IMG/VR virus record: IMGVR_UViG_3300040971_000006
Coordinates: 1-39,596 of that record
Reading direction: 5' to 3' (one strand)
DNA: 39,596 nt
Source: a virus
Lineage: Duplodnaviria; Caudoviricetes
The number at the start of each line of letters is the position of its first letter. The stretch's first letter is position 1. The translations under genes were made by a program, and so were the position numbers. Below the pieces are notes generated by a model. It saw nothing but the letters and a program-made list of their open reading frames with translations. It made no database searches and was not told the origin of the DNA. Positions 1-6,395 of the stretch are shown here, piece after piece.

Positions 1-2
1 CC

Positions 3-92
3 GCCGACGAGCTGAAATTGCTTGCCGATATCGAAAAGATTATGGTCAAGGCTGATCCGACTATATTTGAGAAGAAAAGCGCAAAGAAGTAA
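3..92 (+). CDS. 3' end of a truncated early gene (ADELKLLADIEKIMVKADPTIFEKKSAKK*)
   Basis: Open frame from the window edge to TAA at 90-92, followed by a terminator-like hairpin. Confidence 0.6.
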   Translation, partial: ADELKLLADIEKIMVKADPTIFEKKSAKK

Positions 93-112
93 ATCAAGTT
101 AATACTACCTTG

Positions 113-144
113 AAGGCCGGATGCACAACCGTATCCGGCCTTTT
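113..144 (+). terminator. Intrinsic terminator-like hairpin
   Basis: AAGGCCGGATGC-ACAACC-GTATCCGGCCTT stem (one G.U pair) running into TTTT. Confidence 0.7.
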
Positions 145-178
145 ATCGTTCGATTAACCGTAAAGCATGGAGGATACT

Positions 179-469
179 GTGAAAAAGACACGAAAGAACC
201 GTCGAATTTATAGGGAAGCCACGCTCATCGACCAGGGCTGGCGTGATGAAGTTAGGCTCGGCCAGCGTCGAGCGAAGCGCGTTCAACGCATACTCGGCGT
301 AGCATTGCAAGCGGCGGGCTGGCTTTGGCTCGTTTGGTTCATGTATCCTTTTTATGATGATGCCGCTACGTTCGCCAAGGGACTTGGCATCGCTGGATTA
401 GTGCTGGTATTCGTCGCCATGCTTGTGTCGTACATGTGGGATAAACTCGAAGAAAGTCAGGAGATATAA
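179..469 (+). CDS. Hypothetical membrane protein (basic N-terminus, two TM helices)
   Basis: ORF track 167..469; GGAGG at 169-173 favours GTG at 179; two hydrophobic segments. Confidence 0.65.
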   Translation: MKKTRKNRRIYREATLIDQGWRDEVRLGQRRAKRVQRILGVALQAAGWLWLVWFMYPFYDDAATFAKGLGIAGLVLVFVAMLVSYMWDKLEESQEI

Positions 470-471
470 GC

Positions 472-669
472 GTGCCAGAAGAATTGCCGTATATCTTCGA
501 TTTACTGTGGGACATAAAAGAACAAAGCAAGCTGGAATCCTCTATTCTTTCGCATTTAGAAAGTGTTGTTTCTAAACTTGAGTCGGTAGAGGATACCGGA
601 CTGGTGTTATCTGGTAGCACTATTCTCGGAATAAGAATAGCCGTCGATAAAATAAAAGCATACCTGTAA
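472..669 (+). CDS. Hypothetical protein
   Basis: AGGAG SD, GTG start, tightly packed between neighbours. Confidence 0.55.
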   Translation: MPEELPYIFDLLWDIKEQSKLESSILSHLESVVSKLESVEDTGLVLSGSTILGIRIAVDKIKAYL

Positions 670-681
670 TGGAGGTATAAC

Positions 682-1101
682 ATGCGCACTCGTGAAACTG
701 TTATGATAATCAGCGCCGCTCGTTCCGATAGGGGAATTGCGGCCAATCTCGCCCGTAAGAAGATGCTTCGCATGGACCTTGATGTACTCGCCAGACAAGG
801 CCAGATTCGATTCGCGCCTGCCTTGTGCTTTTACAAGGGGGAGTCTGAACACTCGTTCGTAGTCGTCGTGCAGGATGCGTCTGCAATCAAGACTATACTC
901 GACCTTGGTGTGTACTACGATCAGGAGTGCGTCTTGATTCGTGATGATTACGGAGTGTATTTGCACTATATGCAGTATTTTCCACAAGTGTATCGTGCAC
1001 CGGAACGCATAGGCAGAGACTTGTACAAGGTTGAGTTCGACGGGGATAATCGCCCGGATTCGTACACGTACTTGAACGGACAGGCGTGGGTGGCGGCATG
1101 A
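682..1101 (+). CDS. S-adenosylmethionine lyase (SAMase, T3 gp0.3 family)
   Basis: Motifs align with T3 SAMase as recalled: ISAARS (VSAFRS), CFYKGESEHSF (GCYRE..EEKT), YDQECVLI (WEQDCVLV), YTYLNGQAWV (FTIDEFGRRWQV); 139 aa; GGAGG SD; early position. Confidence 0.85.
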   Translation: MRTRETVMIISAARSDRGIAANLARKKMLRMDLDVLARQGQIRFAPALCFYKGESEHSFVVVVQDASAIKTILDLGVYYDQECVLIRDDYGVYLHYMQYFPQVYRAPERIGRDLYKVEFDGDNRPDSYTYLNGQAWVAA

Positions 1102-1184
1102 AAACTTTACTCTGGATCGCACTAGGATCGGCTGGTCCCTTGTTCGCACTAGCATGTATCGTGCAGCAGGCGGGGGTATTGTAA
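1098..1184 (+). CDS. 28-aa hydrophobic micro-peptide MKTLLWIALGSAGPLFALACIVQQAGVL
   Basis: ATGA overlap with the SAMase stop; fills the gap to the ATG at 1186; below the ORF-track size cutoff. Confidence 0.5.
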   Translation: MKTLLWIALGSAGPLFALACIVQQAGVL

Positions 1185-1185
1185 T

Positions 1186-1419
1186 ATGCAGACCTTTATC
1201 CTTGAGCGCAGCAGCGCAGGTGTGTTCGGTTATCGTGTATTCAATTCTGACATTTCAACGCAGCTGTTTTTCGTGCAGACCAAGAGGGGAGTTATAGAAA
1301 CGGATCGGAATAGGGGCAAGCTGTACAACAAGTTCCAGCGTCTAGCTGGACTCGCTGAAACTAAGGCTGGGGTGCGTCGAATTGGCGACGAACTACGTGA
1401 AGGAAACAAGGACTATTAG
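1186..1419 (+). CDS. Hypothetical protein
   Basis: ORF track; GGGGG SD-like element upstream. Confidence 0.6.
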   Translation: MQTFILERSSAGVFGYRVFNSDISTQLFFVQTKRGVIETDRNRGKLYNKFQRLAGLAETKAGVRRIGDELREGNKDY

Positions 1420-1427
1420 GAGGATTT

Positions 1428-2699
1428 ATGTCGGATGTAAGATGGAGTGACAAGCGTTGTGCGGATTGTATGTTCCATGAGTTGCGTTTTTCGGAAGAGC
1501 CATGCGCACCGTGCAGCATGTACAGTAACTTCGAGCCTGCCTTGAAGAAGGACGACAAGATTGTCCTCGGAGGTAAAGAGCACAAAGTAACATTTGAAGA
1601 CGGGTACTATTGGTTGCACCGCGATGTACCAGCGCATAATTTGCAGATGTTCTTCGATGCTGGACTCCATAATCAAGACGTAGAAGAGTTCTTCAAGTCT
1701 GTCGATCCCAGCATTAAGCCCGGCGGCTCATGGCCGTGCATGACTATGCAGCAGCTCGTGCGGTGTGTTCACGCCATCCGCAATGATCCAAGATTCAACA
1801 AGTCAGTCAATCCTGTAACCGAGGAGGAAGTACGTATGCAGAAGACTTTTACAAGCAAGGAAGAGCTGGTCGGAAATGTGTTGAAGCAGGATGATTACGT
1901 TGTATTCAATGTGCATGACATCACGCTGAAGTACGGTGTGCGGTCAGACTACTTGACTTGTGTAGATAGTGACAACGCACGTATCTTTGATGCACTCGGC
2001 GTCAACAAGGAACAGCTAGCTCGCACGGCGTACGGGTACGACACTGGCCGCTATGGTGTATGGCCGTACGCACATTGTAAAGATTTCGCAGCCCTCACAC
2101 GATTGTGCATCGCGCTGTACGAAGAGATAGAAAGACAGTCCAAACCCAAAGTCCCGGATGTACTCACAAGCGCAGCTATGGTGCGGGAGTTCGGGTTGCG
2201 TAACGGTACAAGAATCCTGTTTCCCGGAACAACTACTGAGTACATGGTTGAGGGGCGCCCGGAAATGTACTCGGATGGGCTGTACCTGAATGCCTCTGAA
2301 TATCTGGCGAATGACTACATATTCACTGAGTTGAAGCTCGACAAGTACAGTTTTTGTAGTATGTTGTACGGGTATGGTCCCAAGTCTGGGGACTGGCCTG
2401 AAGTTGACGGAGCAGACTACGCCGCCCTCACCCGCGTTGTGGTGTGCTTGATGGAGTTGTGTGAACTGCGCGAGTCTGACAAGGTAAAGAACTTGCGTGC
2501 TAAACTCTCTGAGTTGACAGCGCAGCGCGAGTCATACGAGGAAGATGTACAGGCAGCAAGTAAGGCTGTAATTGAAGCTGAAGAAGCGCTCCGTAAAGCT
2601 CGCAATGATCTCAACTACGAGAAAGGCGAACTTGAGTCGTTGCAGGAAGACATCGACGAACTGGATGAAGCAATTGACGAAGCTATCGGAGGCAAATAG
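1428..2699 (+). CDS. Early protein: N-terminal CxxC..PCxxC motif, three tandem homologous domains, acidic C-terminal coiled coil
   Basis: AGGAGG SD; repeated N..[IM]F, G.WP and AALTR motifs; heptad-rich C-terminus. Confidence 0.8.
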   Translation: MSDVRWSDKRCADCMFHELRFSEEPCAPCSMYSNFEPALKKDDKIVLGGKEHKVTFEDGYYWLHRDVPAHNLQMFFDAGLHNQDVEEFFKSVDPSIKPGGSWPCMTMQQLVRCVHAIRNDPRFNKSVNPVTEEEVRMQKTFTSKEELVGNVLKQDDYVVFNVHDITLKYGVRSDYLTCVDSDNARIFDALGVNKEQLARTAYGYDTGRYGVWPYAHCKDFAALTRLCIALYEEIERQSKPKVPDVLTSAAMVREFGLRNGTRILFPGTTTEYMVEGRPEMYSDGLYLNASEYLANDYIFTELKLDKYSFCSMLYGYGPKSGDWPEVDGADYAALTRVVVCLMELCELRESDKVKNLRAKLSELTAQRESYEEDVQAASKAVIEAEEALRKARNDLNYEKGELESLQEDIDELDEAIDEAIGGK

Positions 2700-2816
2700 C
2701 AACCAAGTGTTATAAATAAGTACAGTAATAGACCACCCTTATTAGTACAACAGAGGCGCGGCCTGTACGTCAGTGTTCATGCACCCTCGCACCCAATACA
2801 GGGACGCGGACCAGAG

Positions 2817-2843
2817 CGTACAGCCTGCACTCTTGCTTTTGAA
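2817..2843 (+). promoter_or_regulatory. 27-bp intergenic motif, copy 1 (candidate phage RNAP promoter or operator)
   Basis: CGTACAGCCTGCACTCTTGCTTTTGAA; 24/27 identical to 5759-5785; ends 34 nt before a start codon. Confidence 0.7.
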
Positions 2844-2877
2844 TACCAACCAATAAACTTTTCCTAGGAGGAAAACC

Positions 2878-3231
2878 ATGTCCAAGTTTAATTTCGACTT
2901 CTTGAATGTTGACGACCTCGCCCCCGAACTGAAAGACAAGTTCGTGTCCGATGTATCCGAGCAGGCCAAGCACCTCGCTGAGATTCTCGAAGACCCGTCT
3001 TGCCCCGGTCCGCTGAACATCACGCAGCTCATGGCCGTGTACTCTCGTGCCTTCGGTCCTGTTCCCACCGCCGCTACCTTCCGCGCATGGTTGAACAAGG
3101 GCGTGGCCGCTGGTATCATTCACAAGCCCAGCAAGCAGTTCTATGCCGCTGGTGCAGGCGTGAGTGTTGCTGATGAATCCCCGGAAGTCGATGCTTCCGA
3201 GATCGACCTTGACGCTGATCCGCTGGCGTAG
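2878..3231 (+). CDS. Small protein, possibly winged-helix DNA-binding, with an acidic tail
   Basis: Strong AGGAGG SD; helix-helix-helix-beta pattern (LNITQLMAVY..TAATFRAWLNKGVAAGIIHK..QFY); D/E-rich C-terminus. The fold is inference. Confidence 0.7.
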   Translation: MSKFNFDFLNVDDLAPELKDKFVSDVSEQAKHLAEILEDPSCPGPLNITQLMAVYSRAFGPVPTAATFRAWLNKGVAAGIIHKPSKQFYAAGAGVSVADESPEVDASEIDLDADPLA

Positions 3232-3243
3232 GCGATAGTTCCC

Positions 3244-3420
3244 AGCCCCGTGCTTTCCTCTTAGGAGTAAGCCAGCACGGGGCTTTCAGTACAGGCTCGT
3301 GCAGCTTGTGCAACTCGAAAGAGCTGTCCTCCCTTGAGTACAGTTGCACTTTGTACGAGCTTGTACTAATAGTCCTGAGTTCTCTAGCTTGAAACGCTAA
3401 TGGATTCAGGGCTATTTTTT
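3244..3420 (+). ncRNA. Structured intergenic RNA element: three consecutive stems, the last terminator-like
   Basis: Stem 1 3244-3254/3274-3284 (perfect 11 bp); stem 2 3288-3304/3351-3367 (17 bp, 3 G.U) enclosing a branched domain; stem 3 3368-3382/3402-3416 (15 bp, 3 G.U) followed by a U-run. Confidence 0.6.
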
Positions 3421-3433
3421 GCGAGGAGGATGT

Positions 3434-4231
3434 ATGCCTAGAACAATAGCTCAGAGTTACATTGAAAGACTGCCTATCGGCGCACGCACTAGAGTACAAT
3501 GCTGTGGCCCTGACAATAGCCTAAGCCTGCATCGTACTGGTAGTGCCATGCAGTTCAAGTGCTTCAGGTGTGGCGAATGTGGAAGTATCCCAATACAGCG
3601 TAGCTTGAAAGAGTTGCTGCAAGAAACTCAGGAGGTCAATGCATGGCGTTCAAAATCAGTTCAGTTGCCATACGACTGCAATCAGGATTTGCCGGGGCAT
3701 GCGCTCGTATGGCTAGGCAAGGCAGGTGTATCAGAAAGATTATGGAAGCCCTTCGTCTGGTACAGCCCGAAGATGAACAGGGTATGCTTACAGCTTATGT
3801 GGAACTCACAAGTGGACGCTGTGTGTACAAGGGATACCAGCATCCCAAGACCGAGCCCAAAGTACATTGTACAATACCGATACGGATTCACGAGTCCAGT
3901 TTGGATGTATTCGTTGCAATGCTTGCCGTCTCCGGGTATGCATCTTGTAATAGTAGAGGATTGTTTGAGTGCTGTGAGAGTCTCGGATGCGACCACATTG
4001 GCATGCATGTGTATCTTAGGGACGCACGCGGGAGACAGTATCCTGCAACGACTTATTATGATTCAACCAAGTACGGTTACGTTATGGCTCGACGGGGATA
4101 GAGGTGGGTATACTGGTAGTGTAAAGCTGAGTAAGATAGTGCCTATGCTGGGTGTACCTGTTAGGCAGGTGCGCACAAAGAAAGACCCAAAGATGTATAG
4201 CAACGAGGAAATAAGGAGGTACTTATCATAG
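3434..4231 (+). CDS. DNA primase (Zn-binding domain plus TOPRIM)
   Basis: CC...CFRCGEC zinc motif; TOPRIM motifs IVED and WLDGD; GAGGAGG SD before ATG 3434. Confidence 0.9.
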   Translation: MPRTIAQSYIERLPIGARTRVQCCGPDNSLSLHRTGSAMQFKCFRCGECGSIPIQRSLKELLQETQEVNAWRSKSVQLPYDCNQDLPGHALVWLGKAGVSERLWKPFVWYSPKMNRVCLQLMWNSQVDAVCTRDTSIPRPSPKYIVQYRYGFTSPVWMYSLQCLPSPGMHLVIVEDCLSAVRVSDATTLACMCILGTHAGDSILQRLIMIQPSTVTLWLDGDRGGYTGSVKLSKIVPMLGVPVRQVRTKKDPKMYSNEEIRRYLS

Positions 4232-5502
4232 ACGTAAGGATACTACAGGTGCTGCGTGTCCGTAAGGACTATAACGCCTACCGACAATTCGTACCTGTCG
4301 TAGCACTTGATCCACACACTAAGGTACTGCTTGATGATTACGGCGCGTACTTCACGAAGTTCAAGTCTGATCAGATAGACTACGATACATTCGTATCATG
4401 GTTCGAGAAGTTCCAGCATCCCAAGCTAAAGGATGAGCAGCGTGCTGTGTACAGGCAGATCATGCGTACTGCCCTGCAAGGCGATATGCCTGAAGGAGTA
4501 CAAGATGGCCTGCTTGATGAACTGCGTGAACTCAGACTCGCGCACCAAACAGCTAACACAATCCAACGCTGGAATGAGGGTGAGATCGCTGATCTTTCTG
4601 CCAGCATTGCAGCTAGCATGGAAGCGTACAAGCTGGACAAGGGAGTATCCTTCGACGCTTGGGTCCAGCCAGACCTTGAGGGATTCTTGCAGCAGGAGGT
4701 GGACGAATCGGGCCTGAGGTGGCCCCTGCTGGCCTTGGAAGCCACGACCCGCCCCTTACGTCCGGGCGATGCCTTGATCCTCGCAGCGAGGCCGGGACGG
4801 GGCAAAACGAGCTTCCTCGCTTTCCTACTGACGCACTGGGCGCGGTTCACTCCTTCGGGTACGAACATTGTCTGGGTCAATAACGAGGGGCCGGGAGCAC
4901 GCATATATCCGCGCTTGTACCAAGCTGCTCTGCGGTGTGGTGTGCGTGGCCTGATCGACAGGAACAAGGCAGGCACTTTGCACAGCGACTACGCTAAGGC
5001 TATTGGTAGAGCTGACAAGATCAGGGTGCTTGATGTGCACGGTATGAACATGGCACAGGTGGACGTACTACTTGAGCAGCATAACCCAAGCATCATCGTG
5101 TTCGACATGCTGAACAACATCAAGGTACAGGAGGCCGGGGCAAGGACTGACTTGGATGTGGAGGCTAGAGGACAATGGGCACGTGAGCGTGGTGTGAAGT
5201 ACGATGCGTGCGTGTTGAGTACGTGGCAGCTTTCTGCCGCAGCAGAGGGAGTGCTGTATCCTACTATGGCAGACCTGAAGGATAGTAAGACAGGGCTGCA
5301 AGGGGCATGCGATGGTATTGTTATGCTTGGCTACAGCAACACACCGGGTATGGAGTCTGTCCGTGGGTTGAGTATAGTGAAGACCAAGATGCAGCGCGAA
5401 GGTGCACCTGCGGACCCCCGCTGTGAGATCATGTTCCATAGGGATACGTGCCAGTTCGCTGATCTTAAATCTGAAGAGGAAGAGGGGAGTATAGAGTTAT
5501 GA
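4228..5502 (+). CDS. DnaB-like replicative helicase (start uncertain: ATA 4228, ATC 4225 or GTG 4249)
   Basis: Walker A ARPGRGKTS, NNEG, Walker B IIVFD, SKTGLQGACD; perfect SD TAAGGAGGT at 4212-4220. Confidence 0.92.
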   Translation: MDVRILQVLRVRKDYNAYRQFVPVVALDPHTKVLLDDYGAYFTKFKSDQIDYDTFVSWFEKFQHPKLKDEQRAVYRQIMRTALQGDMPEGVQDGLLDELRELRLAHQTANTIQRWNEGEIADLSASIAASMEAYKLDKGVSFDAWVQPDLEGFLQQEVDESGLRWPLLALEATTRPLRPGDALILAARPGRGKTSFLAFLLTHWARFTPSGTNIVWVNNEGPGARIYPRLYQAALRCGVRGLIDRNKAGTLHSDYAKAIGRADKIRVLDVHGMNMAQVDVLLEQHNPSIIVFDMLNNIKVQEAGARTDLDVEARGQWARERGVKYDACVLSTWQLSAAAEGVLYPTMADLKDSKTGLQGACDGIVMLGYSNTPGMESVRGLSIVKTKMQREGAPADPRCEIMFHRDTCQFADLKSEEEEGSIEL

Positions 5503-5705
5503 CTGACTTACAGAAACTAAGAGAGCTGCTAGTAGGGTTCGATGTACCGTACTTCGAAGAGTACTCTGATCCTGACCATCCGAATTGCTTGGTACTCACC
5601 ATTACTGTGCGGAGTAATGAGAAAGTCATTGGGTACTCAAACTTTGTTACTGAGTTCGTATTCAACGAAGATGACTCATTTAAACATGTGGGGATATGGG
5701 AATGA
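5499..5705 (+). CDS. Hypothetical protein
   Basis: ATGA overlap with the helicase stop; GGGGAG SD. Confidence 0.7.
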   Translation: MTDLQKLRELLVGFDVPYFEEYSDPDHPNCLVLTITVRSNEKVIGYSNFVTEFVFNEDDSFKHVGIWE

Positions 5706-5758
5706 TGGAGACGTGGCAGATCATTATACTTGAGTTCTTCTTGCGGCTGTTACCATAA
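5702..5758 (+). CDS. Possible 18-aa hydrophobic micro-peptide MMETWQIIILEFFLRLLP
   Basis: ATGA overlap with the upstream stop; its stop directly abuts the 27-bp motif. Confidence 0.3.
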   Translation: MMETWQIIILEFFLRLLP

Positions 5759-5785
5759 CGTACGGCCTGCACTCACGCTTTTGAA
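5759..5785 (+). promoter_or_regulatory. 27-bp intergenic motif, copy 2 (candidate phage RNAP promoter or operator)
   Basis: CGTACGGCCTGCACTCACGCTTTTGAA; 24/27 identical to 2817-2843; ends 29 nt before ATG 5815. Confidence 0.7.
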
Positions 5786-5814
5786 ATTCACCCTAGAAAA
5801 TTATTGGAGGACTT

Positions 5815-6045
5815 ATGCGTAACAAGATTTCCCTCACCGTCAATGGAAACACGAACATCAAACTCAGACCTAGAAATATGAGCCTGCATCTGTTGCTCAG
5901 CATAATGCGATCCCAATCGGTCACAAAGATGATGAATGTCAAGAATGCGTGGGGAATGCAGGTGCAAGACGAGGTGCGTGTTCCGCTTACACCAGCACAA
6001 GCGTATGACTTGAATGATGAGTGGATGCGTCGGAGGTATGTATGA
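5815..6045 (+). CDS. Hypothetical protein
   Basis: GGAGG SD; ATGA overlap with the next gene. Confidence 0.7.
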   Translation: MRNKISLTVNGNTNIKLRPRNMSLHLLLSIMRSQSVTKMMNVKNAWGMQVQDEVRVPLTPAQAYDLNDEWMRRRYV

Positions 6046-6395
6046 GTGACATCGAGTTCGTAGAAGCGCACAAGACAGGTAGTTCTCTTGTACGCGGTGT
6101 AGAACCAAACGATATCGACATTTGCATCCTGTTTCACAATGTCGCTACTCTGGAGAAGTTCGTAGATAGTAAGGGTGGTATGGCTATGGAGCTTATGAGC
6201 TACCACGATACACGCTTCCTTACCTGTCGTGAAGGCGAGTATAACTACATATGCACAGCGGACCCCGAATTGTATTATAGAACTAAGGCGTTCAGCACAG
6301 CCCTATCTATGCTGCAACTGAAGAGTAAAGAGGATAGAGTTCAATTAGCAGTATCATGCATGGATGATGATCCGGAGTACGTACATGAGATATAG
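6042..6395 (+). CDS. Minimal Pol-beta-type nucleotidyltransferase
   Basis: TGS-x9-DID signature (KTGSSLVRGVEPNDIDI); GGAGG SD before ATG 6042. Confidence 0.7.
   Translation: MSDIEFVEAHKTGSSLVRGVEPNDIDICILFHNVATLEKFVDSKGGMAMELMSYHDTRFLTCREGEYNYICTADPELYYRTKAFSTALSMLQLKSKEDRVQLAVSCMDDDPEYVHEI

Noticed and set aside
113-144. Hairpin arms GCCGGATGC/TATCCGGCC resemble enterobacterial REP sequences
   Set aside because: Single copy, lacks the REP inner palindrome, and sits after a stop codon with a T-run; a terminator explains it
2729-2745. TAGACCACCCTTATTAG resembles 19227-19243 and superficially a T7 promoter
   Set aside because: Only 13/17 identity in AT-rich sequence; the second copy is explained by a hairpin arm, and the 27-bp motif is a much stronger repeat
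3643-4101. 152-aa alternative-frame + strand ORF inside the primase, preceded by AGGAGG
   Set aside because: No recognisable motif, and the SD arises from primase Gln-Glu-Val codons; not excluded but unsupported without conservation data
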